In this document: positions 29,980-41,370 of the stretch, one piece after another
Position numbering within the stretch: the first letter of the stretch is position 1
Layout of the letters: every line of letters starts with the position of its first letter
NCBI GenBank assembly: GCA_007118975.1
Contig: SKQO01000019.1
Span: 41,049-105,048, forward strand
Length of the DNA stretch: 64,000 nt
Direction: 5' to 3'
Source: Halobacteriales archaeon
Lineage (GTDB): Archaea > Halobacteriota > Halobacteria > Halobacteriales > SKNY01
The notes under the pieces: model-generated
Database searches by the model: none
Told to the model about the DNA's origin: nothing
What the model saw: only the letters and a program-made list of their open reading frames with translations
Made by a program: the position numbers and the translations under genes

Positions 29980-30416
29980 CCCAACTCGTCGTCGTCAGCC
30001 GAGGGAGAGGCCTCCGGCGTGATCGAGAGGACGGGCACGGGTGACTCGCGAAGGACTTTCTCGGCCACGTTGCCAAGAACCATCCGTTCGACGCCGGTTC
30101 GTGCCTGCGTCCCCATGACGATGAGTTCGATATCGTGACGTTCGACCGCGCCTAATATTTCCTCGTGGACTTCGCCCGAGCGAACCTCGCCGGTTGCATC
30201 GAGGTCACAGTCTGTTGCCATCGAGACGATTCCCTGGATAGTCTCCCTGGCATCCTCTTCTTGATCAGTCCGCAACTGGTCGCGAGTCTGCACACCCTCG
30301 GTGACCCCAAGGACATGGACGGCCGCGTCGAAGATCGATGCGAGGTTGAATCCGGTACCGTAGATGGTCGGATCCGGGGCGGTCGGATCGAGTGGGATCA
30401 GCAAGCGATCGAACAT
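29976..30416 (-). CDS. Universal stress protein
   Basis: MFDRLLIPLD, ELIVMGTQARTGVERMVLGNVAEKVLRESPVPVL. Confidence 0.92.
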   Translation of the reverse strand: MFDRLLIPLDPTAPDPTIYGTGFNLASIFDAAVHVLGVTEGVQTRDQLRTDQEEDARETIQGIVSMATDCDLDATGEVRSGEVHEEILGAVERHDIELIVMGTQARTGVERMVLGNVAEKVLRESPVPVLSITPEASPSADDDELG

Positions 30417-30575
30417 CGGTGGGCCACATCTGGCCCCCGAACGGAAAGCTATCGAGCGCTTAACCGGACAATAGAAGGAAGCTATCGACGGCCACCGATC
30501 ATGAATCGAGAGCAAACGGCCGACGTCGTGGGGGAGAGAACGTTTTTGCCCGCCCGGGAGAAACCCTGAAGCGGT

Positions 30576-31370
30576 ATGAGCGTTACCTTCAACGGACTCG
30601 ATATTTCGTGGCTCGGCTACGCCTGCGCGCGCGTCGAAGCCCCGGACGGCACCGTAGTCTACACCGATCCCGGCCGGTACGGCACGCTGACAGGTGAATG
30701 GGCCGACCAGTACGGGGGTTCGAATCATCCGAGTGGCCCGGCATTCGACGAACGAGACGGCGATCTCGTGCTCGTCACGCACGATCACCACTATCAGTCC
30801 GATGGGGTGCGACGGGTCGCTTCCCCCGATGCAACCGTCATCGTCTACGAGGAGGTCGACGCAGATCGCATCAACAGCGACGACGTCGGCTCGAACGTCG
30901 GTCGTAACGTCGAACCACCCGAGGACCTCCCCCACAACGTCGAACGTGTCGCCTACGGGGACGCCCTGTCGGTGGCCGGCGTGGAGGTGGATGTCATCCC
31001 GGCCCACAACGATCCCGATGGGCCACGGGTCGACGAATCAGGAGAACCGGTCCACCCGCCGGGCTTTGGCTGTGGCTTTCGATTCGTGGTCGCGGACACG
31101 TCACTGTTCTGGACGGGCGATTCTGACGTGATCGAGGACCACTACGATCTTGACGTGACGGTCTTTCTGCCGTCGATCGCCCAGTCGTTCACGATGAACC
31201 GCCACGAGGCGGCCGACCTGGCCGAGGAACTGGCCCCGGAACTCGTCGTCCCGATCCACTACAACACGTTCCCGGATCTCGGTGCCGACTCTGCCGCGTT
31301 CGCAAGCGACGTCGCGACTCGCTCGATTCCGGTCGCCCTCGCGGAGGAGTGGCCACGACGATTCTCGTAG
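30576..31370 (+). CDS. MBL-fold metallo-hydrolase
   Basis: WLGYAC, YTDPG, LVTHDHHY, WTGDSD, VVPIHYNTF. Confidence 0.9.
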   Translation: MSVTFNGLDISWLGYACARVEAPDGTVVYTDPGRYGTLTGEWADQYGGSNHPSGPAFDERDGDLVLVTHDHHYQSDGVRRVASPDATVIVYEEVDADRINSDDVGSNVGRNVEPPEDLPHNVERVAYGDALSVAGVEVDVIPAHNDPDGPRVDESGEPVHPPGFGCGFRFVVADTSLFWTGDSDVIEDHYDLDVTVFLPSIAQSFTMNRHEAADLAEELAPELVVPIHYNTFPDLGADSAAFASDVATRSIPVALAEEWPRRFS

Positions 31371-31379
31371 TCGGCACCG

Positions 31380-32450
31380 TCACGCTACCGGCGAATCGTG
31401 AATCTCACCGAAGAAATCCGCAACCAGGCGGACGTCCGCCACTGCTTCGTCGAACGTCGTTTGCACCGACGTCGTGCCCCGACAACACGCCACGAACCGT
31501 TCGAGTTCGCGTTTGAACGGCTCTCGCGGTGGACCGCGATACGTGGTGTCGGAACGGCCATCGCCCGTACTCCACTCCCGGCTGCGAAGGGTCGCGGGAT
31601 CATTTTTGATGAACGGATTGAAGTATTCGAGGGTAAGCTCGCCTTCCGGCGTGTCGACCCGGATCCAGTCCTCGAACCACGGACGGTCCGAATTACCCGA
31701 CGTCAGCAGACACGTGACGTCATCTTCAAATCGGATGGTCGCCGTGAGGTAGCGGTCACCCAACGTGGCATGCTCGATCGTGGTCACCGAACCGAAGAGG
31801 GCGTGCAGCAGGTTCACGTCGTGACAGATGTGCTCCAAATGCCACGCGTACGCCGCCGCCAACTCCGGGTCCTCGCTGTCGATGGCCGCCAGTGAATCTG
31901 CCTCCCGTTTGGCCTCGCTCTCCGCGAGGAGCTCCGCCGGCAGTTCCCCCGGCACGAGATCGTAGACGTCCTCGAGAATGCGACCGTGGTCGGGGTCTAC
32001 GTCGTAAGCAGTGACGAGGTCGATTCGATCCAACGCCGCAATTTCGGTGCGCGCTCGTTCGAAGGCGGGTGCGTACCGCTTCATATAGGCGACCATCGCC
32101 ACTGCCTCGCTGGCGTCAGCGAGCGCCGCCAGGCGTGCTGCCTCTGCCGGTGAGGCGGCAAGCGGTTTTTCCACGAGTGTGTGGACACCTGCCTCAAGCG
32201 TTTGTTCGACGGCAGCTGCGTGATGTTGCATTGGGCTGAGCACGATCACCGCGTCGAGGGGTGGCCGGTCTGCCAGCATTGCGGTGACGTCCTCGTAGCG
32301 GCCCGGGACGTTGTATCGGTCGGCAAGCGTCGCGAGCCGATCGGCCGCCGGGTCGCAGAGTGCCGCCAACTCCACCCCGGGAAGCTCGACCACGTGGGGG
32401 ATGTGCATCGTCTGGGCGACGACCCCACATCCGACAATCCCGATCTGCAT
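31380..32450 (-). CDS. Gfo/Idh/MocA oxidoreductase (candidate inositol dehydrogenase)
   Basis: IGIVGCGVVA, LVEKPLA, AYMKRY, ICHDVN; directly downstream of the iolM-like gene. Confidence 0.9.
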   Translation of the reverse strand: MQIGIVGCGVVAQTMHIPHVVELPGVELAALCDPAADRLATLADRYNVPGRYEDVTAMLADRPPLDAVIVLSPMQHHAAAVEQTLEAGVHTLVEKPLAASPAEAARLAALADASEAVAMVAYMKRYAPAFERARTEIAALDRIDLVTAYDVDPDHGRILEDVYDLVPGELPAELLAESEAKREADSLAAIDSEDPELAAAYAWHLEHICHDVNLLHALFGSVTTIEHATLGDRYLTATIRFEDDVTCLLTSGNSDRPWFEDWIRVDTPEGELTLEYFNPFIKNDPATLRSREWSTGDGRSDTTYRGPPREPFKRELERFVACCRGTTSVQTTFDEAVADVRLVADFFGEIHDSPVA

Positions 32451-32516
32451 GCCCGGTGTAACCTGCGGGGACGGGATGTACGTTGCGACCCGTGGCCAGT
32501 ACCGATTAGCTCGTCG

Positions 32517-33659
32517 TCAGCACGCGAGGAGGACCTTTCCGTCGAGCCGTTTCCGTGCCTGTCCGACCGCAGCCGCCGCATCCGCGAGGGGATAGACGTT
32601 CGTGACCATGGGGAGCGGATCGAATCGCCCGGCCGCCACCAACCGGATCACCCGCGGGTACACGCCCTGGCCAGTGTGTCCTTCCGCACCCACGATCTGG
32701 GCGCTTGCGGCCTGATATTCCCGGAGATTGATCGAGGCCGCCGTCCCGGCGTTGCTGATATGAACCACCGTTGCGCCGTCGGCCAGGGTGTCGGCGATCA
32801 CTGGATACGTGTGGTCCACCGCACCGGCCGTTTCGACGTGTACGTCGGCGCCGTCGCCGTCGGTAACGCGATCGATCACGGCCACCTGGTCGGATCCTGG
32901 GTCGAACACGTACTCGAATCCGAGGTCCCGGGCCACCGCAAGGCGCTCCGGCTGGGGATCGAAGCCCACAACCCGGGCCGCACCGGTGGCCCGGGAGATG
33001 CCCATCCCGGTCAACCCGATCGGTCCCAGGCCGTGGTAGACGTGATACCCACCGGGATCTACCGCCCGTGCCCGACGAAACAGGCCATGGTAAGAAATCG
33101 TGGCGGGCTCGATTAGTGCCGCCGCGCGCAGGAGTTGGTCCCGTTCCTCGTACCGGTTCGCGAGGGATGCGACGTTCCAGAGCAGGCGTTCGGGAACGAC
33201 CACGTATTCCGCGAAGGCGCCGTCGACGGTAAATCCCAGTTGCTCGAAACGATCGCAGTGACCGTGGTGGCCCCGTTTGCAGGTCGGGCATCTGCCACAG
33301 TAGGCGGTGACCTCCGCGGTGACCGGATCGCCGACCGCAAATCCCGTCACGTTCTTTCCGAGCTCGACGACTTCCCCCGCGAACTCGTGGCCGAGGACTG
33401 TCGGTAGGCTGGCGTACGCGGCGTAGTGGACGTAGCCGGTTTCGTCGGTTTCGAGCAGTGACAGGTCACTTCCGCAGATGCCGGCATACCGGACCCTGAC
33501 CAATGCGTCGTTGGGTCCTGGCTCCGGGCGATCGCGCTGCGTGATGGTAAGTGTGGGATCCCGGAACGCCCGGGATGCGTCGGTCGCCCGCCCGCAGTTG
33601 GGAGGCTCGGATCCGTCGTGCGGGTCCCAGGTCGCCTCGAGGACGGCTGCTCGCATCAC
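32517..33659 (-). CDS. iolM: Zn-dependent dehydrogenase, scyllo-inosose 3-dehydrogenase (IolM)-like
   Basis: N-terminal RAAVLEATWDP, GICGSD..TDETGYVHY, LGHEF, C-x2-C-x2-C-x7-C, LGFTVDGAFAEY, IVGAEGHTGQGVYPRVI recall Thermotoga IolM. Confidence 0.8.
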   Translation of the reverse strand: MMRAAVLEATWDPHDGSEPPNCGRATDASRAFRDPTLTITQRDRPEPGPNDALVRVRYAGICGSDLSLLETDETGYVHYAAYASLPTVLGHEFAGEVVELGKNVTGFAVGDPVTAEVTAYCGRCPTCKRGHHGHCDRFEQLGFTVDGAFAEYVVVPERLLWNVASLANRYEERDQLLRAAALIEPATISYHGLFRRARAVDPGGYHVYHGLGPIGLTGMGISRATGAARVVGFDPQPERLAVARDLGFEYVFDPGSDQVAVIDRVTDGDGADVHVETAGAVDHTYPVIADTLADGATVVHISNAGTAASINLREYQAASAQIVGAEGHTGQGVYPRVIRLVAAGRFDPLPMVTNVYPLADAAAAVGQARKRLDGKVLLAC

Positions 33660-33706
33660 CTATAACCGACAAGCAGCAGCGTGAAAAGTGTGTACGACTG
33701 GCCCGG

Positions 33707-34555
33707 TTAGAGGTACTGCGAAAGCACCTGATAGGACTCCCGTGCCGCCCGATCCGGTTCGTGAGGGTAGCTGTAGAGTTCGACCGTGGCGAAGCCCTCA
33801 TAGTCGATATCGTCGAGGGCGTCGAAGATCGAGCGGAAGTCGAGATCGCCCTCGCCGGGGATCCGGTGATAATGTTTGCCCCGAATACCGCCCACGATAT
33901 CCTCCAGATGGAGGCCAGTGATGTGACCCGCACTTTCCCGGATTGCCGTGGCCGGGTCATCGCCGTAGACGGCCGCGTGACCGACGTCGAGGTTTACACC
34001 CAGCGAATCTCGTCCGACGTCCTCGATGAGTTGCAGTGTCTCGTCGATGTTCTCGACCAGTAGCTCGGGTTCGAATTCGATGCCCAGATCGACGTCCACC
34101 GACTCCGCATGGTCCAAGAGCTCGTCGATCGAACGAAGTAACGTTTCGTACGCGTCCTCGGGCATGTGCCCCGGTCGGGGACGACCGGTTGCCACGCACG
34201 TGGCCGGGGCGTCGAGTGAGGCTGCCAGGTCGAGCGCCTGTTTCGTATATGAGAGTCGCCATTCGCGATCCGCGTCATCCGAGGCAATGATGCTCGGCTC
34301 GAAAAAGCCCTCGGGCGGGGCATCGTCGTAAAAGCCCATGGCAGTGTTGGCGTTGATGTTCGAAACCGCAATGTCGGCCGACTGGAGTGTCTCCGTCAGT
34401 TCAACCTCGTCCTCCGCGTCGAAGGACGGGAAGTACGCGTGCGGTTCGTCGGCGAGCACCTCGACACCGGCATAGCCGTGGTCGGCGATCCGTTCGATGG
34501 CCTCCGGGAGCGAATATTCCGTGTAGCCGTTCGAGGAGAAGGCGAGTTCCACCAT
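33707..34555 (-). CDS. Sugar phosphate isomerase/epimerase (TIM barrel)
   Basis: GYAGVE, GIEFEPELL, GVNLDVGH, LHLED, HRIPGEGDLDF, YEGFATVELY. Confidence 0.9.
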   Translation of the reverse strand: MVELAFSSNGYTEYSLPEAIERIADHGYAGVEVLADEPHAYFPSFDAEDEVELTETLQSADIAVSNINANTAMGFYDDAPPEGFFEPSIIASDDADREWRLSYTKQALDLAASLDAPATCVATGRPRPGHMPEDAYETLLRSIDELLDHAESVDVDLGIEFEPELLVENIDETLQLIEDVGRDSLGVNLDVGHAAVYGDDPATAIRESAGHITGLHLEDIVGGIRGKHYHRIPGEGDLDFRSIFDALDDIDYEGFATVELYSYPHEPDRAARESYQVLSQYL

Positions 34556-34576
34556 AGCCGATCCTCGTGACGACTA

Positions 34577-35992
<1,416 letters not shown>

Positions 35993-36193
35993 GTGAGAGA
36001 ACCCTCGCGACACCGCGCCAGGGTAACCGAGCTGCCACGATTTGGTATGCCTGTGATATGTCATCTACGATGGTACTGAGGTTCCTGGTTGAACGATCGG
36101 GGCCAACCTCGATTCATCAGCTACACCGGCCGATCTTCGGAACTACGAGGCAATCAGCTAGTCGGAAACTCCCCCTATGCTAACTGTCCCGAC

Positions 36194-37726
36194 CTACCAG
36201 ATGTCCGCTCCGTCCAGATATCCCTCGATGTCCTGCGGGACGAGCCCGCGATGCGTTTCGAGTTTCGCCGCGTGTTCCTCGCGATCGGTCTCGCGGAGTC
36301 GGTCGACGTACTCGGGTAGCTGTGCATCAGCCCGAGCGTGGTACGGGCCGCCCTCCCGGATCACTTCCCACAGCGGATCGGTGACCCCGCGGGGTGCGTC
36401 CGGGTTCCCACCGGCTTTATCGGTGGCCGCCTCGATGAGGCGTTGGCTTACCCATCCGTCGAGCTTCCCCAGCCCCTCGTAGACGAGATCGGGTTTCGCT
36501 CGCGCCAGATTTTCGGCTTCGTGCGGGTCGGCCGCGAGGTTGTACAATTCGACGGGGTCGAAATCCTTCAACCCGTCGTGATACGTTCGGATCAACAACC
36601 AGTCGTCCCAGCGGACGGCCCGCTGGCACGCCCACGCTCCCTGGCTCAAGACCAGGAACGGTCGTCCCGTCGATCGTCCGTCCCGCACAGAATCTGCAAA
36701 CGACACGCCATCCCAACCGGCGGGAATCGTGCCCCCGACGAGTTCCGTCATGGTCGGCGCGAGATCGACCTGGTAGTGAAAATCGTCGTCGACCCCGGAT
36801 TCGACCTCCGGCCCGGAGACGATCAGTGGAATCCGGCAGGTCTTATCGTCCGCGGTCTGGTGGTCGCCGTACACGTTGAGTTCCCCCTGGTTCTCCCCGT
36901 GATCGCCGGAAACGATAATCAGCGTCTCCTCTCGCACTCCCTCACGATCGAGGATGTCAAGTAAACCTGCCAGGTGGTCGTCCAGATAGCGGATCCCGAC
37001 GTCGTAGCCGTCGATCCAGCGAACGAAGTCCGCTCGGCTCGCGATCTCGTCCGGTGTCCGTTCCAGGTCGCGACCCGCACCCCAGGCGTGGGGTTCGTGG
37101 GCACTGTGCGGACCGTAGCTATCGTATTGCTCCCGAATCGTCTCCTCGTCCGGCCAGTCCGGCGCGGGCTCGTCGGCGAACGGGTTGCCGTAATTTGCTG
37201 GGGTATCGTAGGGCGTGTGTGGATCCCAAAAGTTCACGTGGAGGTACCAATCATCCTCGACGGCGTGCTCGCCCAGCCACGCTTCTGCATGGGGAGCGAC
37301 TATCTCGGCCCGTTCGCTCCCGTTTCCACCCGTATCGATCCATTCGTCGAACCCGTCGACGGTGTGCCAGGTACCGTGGCGCTGTGGGAACGGGCTGATG
37401 AGCGTAGTGTGGTGTCCTGCCTGACGTAACACGGTCGGCCAGGTCCGGAACTCGTCGCCCTGGGTGTTGAATCCACGTCGCGCCCCTCGGGGACGGACAT
37501 CGGCGTTGATCCCGCCATGGTTGACCGCCCCGGTATGGATCCCGAATCGGCTCGAGAACAGACCCGTGCGTGACGGCAGGCAAGGGACGTCCGCGGCATA
37601 GTAGTTCGTGAATCGGCGCCCCGCATCCGCAAGCGCGTCGATGGTCGGGGAGGTGGCTCGGTGATAGCCGTAGCACCCGAGATGGTCAGGACGCAGCGAA
37701 TCACAGTCGATCAAGAGGATACGCAT
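36194..37726 (-). CDS. Sulfatase (Cys-type, formylglycine-dependent)
   Basis: ILLIDCDSLRPDHLGCYG, CLPSR (CxPxR), WDPHTPY, SGDHGE, ELYNLAADPHE. Confidence 0.93.
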   Translation of the reverse strand: MRILLIDCDSLRPDHLGCYGYHRATSPTIDALADAGRRFTNYYAADVPCLPSRTGLFSSRFGIHTGAVNHGGINADVRPRGARRGFNTQGDEFRTWPTVLRQAGHHTTLISPFPQRHGTWHTVDGFDEWIDTGGNGSERAEIVAPHAEAWLGEHAVEDDWYLHVNFWDPHTPYDTPANYGNPFADEPAPDWPDEETIREQYDSYGPHSAHEPHAWGAGRDLERTPDEIASRADFVRWIDGYDVGIRYLDDHLAGLLDILDREGVREETLIIVSGDHGENQGELNVYGDHQTADDKTCRIPLIVSGPEVESGVDDDFHYQVDLAPTMTELVGGTIPAGWDGVSFADSVRDGRSTGRPFLVLSQGAWACQRAVRWDDWLLIRTYHDGLKDFDPVELYNLAADPHEAENLARAKPDLVYEGLGKLDGWVSQRLIEAATDKAGGNPDAPRGVTDPLWEVIREGGPYHARADAQLPEYVDRLRETDREEHAAKLETHRGLVPQDIEGYLDGADIW

Positions 37727-37777
37727 CGTCCCCAGGTGACCGGGTATCGGTATATAATCGACGGTCGGTGACCCGTG

Positions 37778-39118
37778 CTAGTCGTCCTCGAGTTCGACGA
37801 TACCGGCGGAAGTCAGCTCGAGATCGCGTGCAAGCCCGCGTGCTTCCGTCGACCGAATCCGGTGTTCCGCCGATCGCTGGTGGGCGTGTGTGCCCTCGAG
37901 TTCGCAGATCTTCGCCGCCCACGGGGCGATCGTATCTGCCCCCGAAGCCGTCAGCTCCTGGTGGGTCAGTACTTTGAGATATGTCATGACGGAAATTCCC
38001 CCGCTGTGGCGGGCGGCGCTGCCGGTCGGAAGCGTGTGATTCGTCCCGATGGCCTTGTCGCCGAACACCACCGGGGCGTGGTGACCGAGGAATAAGGACC
38101 CGTAGTTCCTGAGTGAGGTCACGAGCTCGCGGGGCTCATCGATCATGAGCTGCAGGTGTTCGGGGGCGTATTCGTTCGCGAGGGCAGCCGCATGCGCACG
38201 CTCCTCAACCACCACGATCTCGCCGTTTTGCTCCCACGACGACCGCGCCGTCTCCGCCGTCGCGAGCGCGGGCAACTGTGCTTCGATCGCGTCCCGCGTC
38301 GCTTCGGCTAGTGCAAGATCCGTCGAAACCAGGATGGCCCGGGCGTGTGGGTCATGCTCGGCCTGGGCGAGGAGATCGGCGGCCACGAGTTGCGGATCGG
38401 CCGTGGCATCAGCTACGACGAGCACCTCCGTCGGCCCCGCGAGAAAGTCAATACTGACGTGCCCGAACACCTGTCGTTTCGCTTCGGTGACATACACGTT
38501 GCCCGGGCCGGTCACCTTGTCCACTGGCTCCACCGTCTCGGTCCCGTAGGCCATGGCACCGATCGCTTGCGCACCGCCAGCTACGTAAATCTCGTCGGCA
38601 CCAGCGCGATCCATCGCGTATACCTGCGCCGGATCGGGGGTCCCGTCCGCCTGTGGGGGTGCACAGGCGATCACCTGGCCGACACCCGCCACTACCGCCG
38701 GGACGATCGTCATCGCCGGGGCGGCGACGAGGGGCTTCCGGCCACCGGGCACGTAGACACCTACCCGGTCGATCGGTACCAGTCGCGTGCCGAGCGTGAT
38801 ACCGTGGGTTCGCTCGGTTTCGAAACCGGCGAGATGTGCCCGCTGTTCCTCGTGGAACGAGCGAACGTTCGCGATGGTGTTGTCGATCGTTCGGCGTGCA
38901 GCCCCGGAGAGGTGATCTTCCGCCGCAGCCCGTTCCGCCGCGGTGACTTGCAAGGTGTCCCGATCCACGTCGTCGTAGGTGCGGGTCAACTCGCGGATCG
39001 CTGCATCGCCGTCCTCGCGGACGCGCTGTAGGATGTCACTGACGCTGGAGCTCACCTCGGTGGGTACGCCGTGAGCCTGTTCGTCTGCCCGCTTGAGATA
39101 CGTCCGGCCTGTTCCCAT
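37778..39118 (-). CDS. hisD: Histidinol dehydrogenase-fold oxidoreductase (HisD or HpsN-like paralog)
   Basis: VGVYVPGG, GGAQAIGAMAYGT, GPGNVYVTEAKR, AGPTE, LLAQAEHD, APEHL; carries GDKAIGTNH rather than canonical GDY; no his genes nearby, so symbol denotes the family only. Confidence 0.85.
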   Translation of the reverse strand: MGTGRTYLKRADEQAHGVPTEVSSSVSDILQRVREDGDAAIRELTRTYDDVDRDTLQVTAAERAAAEDHLSGAARRTIDNTIANVRSFHEEQRAHLAGFETERTHGITLGTRLVPIDRVGVYVPGGRKPLVAAPAMTIVPAVVAGVGQVIACAPPQADGTPDPAQVYAMDRAGADEIYVAGGAQAIGAMAYGTETVEPVDKVTGPGNVYVTEAKRQVFGHVSIDFLAGPTEVLVVADATADPQLVAADLLAQAEHDPHARAILVSTDLALAEATRDAIEAQLPALATAETARSSWEQNGEIVVVEERAHAAALANEYAPEHLQLMIDEPRELVTSLRNYGSLFLGHHAPVVFGDKAIGTNHTLPTGSAARHSGGISVMTYLKVLTHQELTASGADTIAPWAAKICELEGTHAHQRSAEHRIRSTEARGLARDLELTSAGIVELEDD

Positions 39119-39210
39119 CTCTGCCTCCCAAACGCCGGCCCAGGGCAATAAAAGATCGCGCGTCGACCGCTCCCCAAAGACGTTTGGGAGATCACCCGGT
39201 AGCGACCCCT

Positions 39211-39990
39211 ATGAGCGCTCGACTCGCGGGAAAGACGGCCGTAGTGACGGGCGGTGGCAAGGGCATCGGCGAGGCGACGTGTCACCGATTCGCCGAGGAG
39301 GGAGCGGACGTGGTCACGATCGACTGGGACGGCCCAGCAGCGCGGGAGACCATCGAGGCGCTCGCTGATTCACACGACGGCACGTTTTTCGACGTCGAAA
39401 CGGACGTCAGCGATGAAGCCGCAGTGGAAACAATGGCAGCGGAGGTGGCGGCGAGCTTCGAGTCAGTGGACGTCCTGGTCAATAACGCCGGCATCCGGGT
39501 CGATCCGAAGCCCGTCACGGAGGCCGACGAGGAAAGCTGGGATCGCATTCTCGGCGTCAATCTGAAGGGGACGGCCTTCTGTAGCAAGCACCTCATCCCG
39601 CAGATGACCGACGGTGGGGCGGTCGTGAACGTGGCGTCCGTCGGGGCCGGGTGGGCCCGGTCGGCGTGGTCACAGTACGATGCAACCAAAGGTGGCATCG
39701 TCTCGATGACCCGAGATATGGCCTGTGACCACGCAGGTGACGGCATTCGAGTCAACGCAGTGTCTCCGGGGCGCGTGGTGACCGATTACCACATCGGTGA
39801 TCGACCTCCCGAGGAAGCCGCCACGTACGTAGAAGAACAAACGACACGGGGGGCACACCCGAACAGCATCCTCCAGCGAGCGGCCAGACCCCGGGAACTG
39901 GCGGATGCGATACTATTTCTCGCCAGCGACGAGTCCTCGTTCGTCACCGGGGTCAACATTCCCGTCGACGGCGGAAAATCGGTGTTCTAG
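39211..39990 (+). CDS. SDR family oxidoreductase
   Basis: TGGGKGIG, LVNNAGI, YDATK (YxxxK), IRVNAVSPG, VDGG. Confidence 0.93.
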   Translation: MSARLAGKTAVVTGGGKGIGEATCHRFAEEGADVVTIDWDGPAARETIEALADSHDGTFFDVETDVSDEAAVETMAAEVAASFESVDVLVNNAGIRVDPKPVTEADEESWDRILGVNLKGTAFCSKHLIPQMTDGGAVVNVASVGAGWARSAWSQYDATKGGIVSMTRDMACDHAGDGIRVNAVSPGRVVTDYHIGDRPPEEAATYVEEQTTRGAHPNSILQRAARPRELADAILFLASDESSFVTGVNIPVDGGKSVF

Positions 39991-40015
39991 ACAGCCGACC
40001 CAAAACCGATCCAGA

Positions 40016-41284
40016 CTACAGATCGAGGTCCGCCGTCATCTCATGTGCCGGCTCCCCGACTGGCGGCTCGGTCGTCATCCATGCCCCGTTGGTGAAATCC
40101 GGAACCGAAACCGGTTCGCCACCGAGCGCAATTGAGTCTTCGGTCAACGGTGTCACCGCCATCCACGCTGCGGCGTCGTAGACGTCGATCGGGGGTCGAG
40201 CATCGCGTTTCACGTGCCGGACGTAGTCCCGGAGAGTGAGATAGTCGATGCCGCCGTGGCCGTTTTTCACGCCGGCCTCGAGGTAGGCCTCCCAGACCGA
40301 GTGTTCGTGGCCCGTCTGGTAGGGAGCGAAATCTTCCCATTCGTGCCCCGGACTCTCCTCTTCGAGATAGATCGCCGACTCCGTCTTCACTTCCCCACCG
40401 GAGAGGGATTCAAACGTACGCTTCCAGATCCCGCCGGTCCCCTGCACGTGAAACATGTTCGAGTACGGACGCGGGAGCGAGACATCGTGGGTGACCGTCA
40501 GCGTCTCGCCGTTGGCACACCGAAGGACGGTGGTGATCACGTCGCCGATCGCCCAGTCGATACCCGCGGCCGGATGATCCGGATCGAGGTTCTCTTCGGC
40601 GTACGCGGCCAGCCCGGCCGATTTCGTAGCCGTCGCGGTGAGGGAGACGAATCGATTGCCGCGATTGACGTCGAGTACCTTCGCCATCGGACCGACGCCG
40701 TGGGTCGGATACAGGTCCGCGTTGCGATGCCGGTTCTGTCGGCCCCGCCACGCGAGCGATTCCCCCGACGCGTCGGTCCGATGGAGCGACGATCGAAGAT
40801 CGTGGCCGTAGCCGCATCGGCAGTGAACCAACTCCCCGAATAATCCGGCCCGGATCATGTTGCGGATCGCCAGGCAATCACGGAAATAACAGGTGTTCTC
40901 CAAGAACATGCAGTGGGTACCCGTGCGCTCGGCGGTGTGGACGAGCTCCCAGCACTCCTCTACAGATGAGGCGGCCCCGACCTCCAGGCCCACGTACACC
41001 CCTGCCTCCAGCGCTTCGATCGCCATCGGGACGTGATCCGTCCAGGGGGTCGAGATGACGACACCATCGAGGTTCGCCGCCGAAAGCATCGTCCCGTGGT
41101 CGGTGAACGTCGACGGGGAAGGACGCCCCGCGTCGGCCACGCGTGCCAGGATTTGCTCGCGTCGCTCGTCACTTCGGTTGCAAATCGCGGCAATCTCGAC
41201 GTCGCTCATGCTGAGACACGATTCGAGCAAGCTCCCACCACGAGAGCCCAGGCCCGTAAAGCCGAGCCGAACAGGATTCGACAT
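40016..41284 (-). CDS. GH109 NAD-dependent glycosidase (alpha-N-acetylgalactosaminidase-like; Gfo/Idh/MocA fold)
   Basis: GLGSRG, STPWTDH, LENTCY, YGHDLR, LYPTHGVGP, LPRPYS, GHGGID, DVYDAA, PDFT. Confidence 0.88.
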   Translation of the reverse strand: MSNPVRLGFTGLGSRGGSLLESCLSMSDVEIAAICNRSDERREQILARVADAGRPSPSTFTDHGTMLSAANLDGVVISTPWTDHVPMAIEALEAGVYVGLEVGAASSVEECWELVHTAERTGTHCMFLENTCYFRDCLAIRNMIRAGLFGELVHCRCGYGHDLRSSLHRTDASGESLAWRGRQNRHRNADLYPTHGVGPMAKVLDVNRGNRFVSLTATATKSAGLAAYAEENLDPDHPAAGIDWAIGDVITTVLRCANGETLTVTHDVSLPRPYSNMFHVQGTGGIWKRTFESLSGGEVKTESAIYLEEESPGHEWEDFAPYQTGHEHSVWEAYLEAGVKNGHGGIDYLTLRDYVRHVKRDARPPIDVYDAAAWMAVTPLTEDSIALGGEPVSVPDFTNGAWMTTEPPVGEPAHEMTADLDL

Positions 41285-41370
41285 GCCGGTATCCACCGGC
41301 TATCCAGTGCATCAACCTTCCGGAGTTTGGGCAACCAGAACCCGGATTCAGCCGGCGAAGCCGGTCGAAC

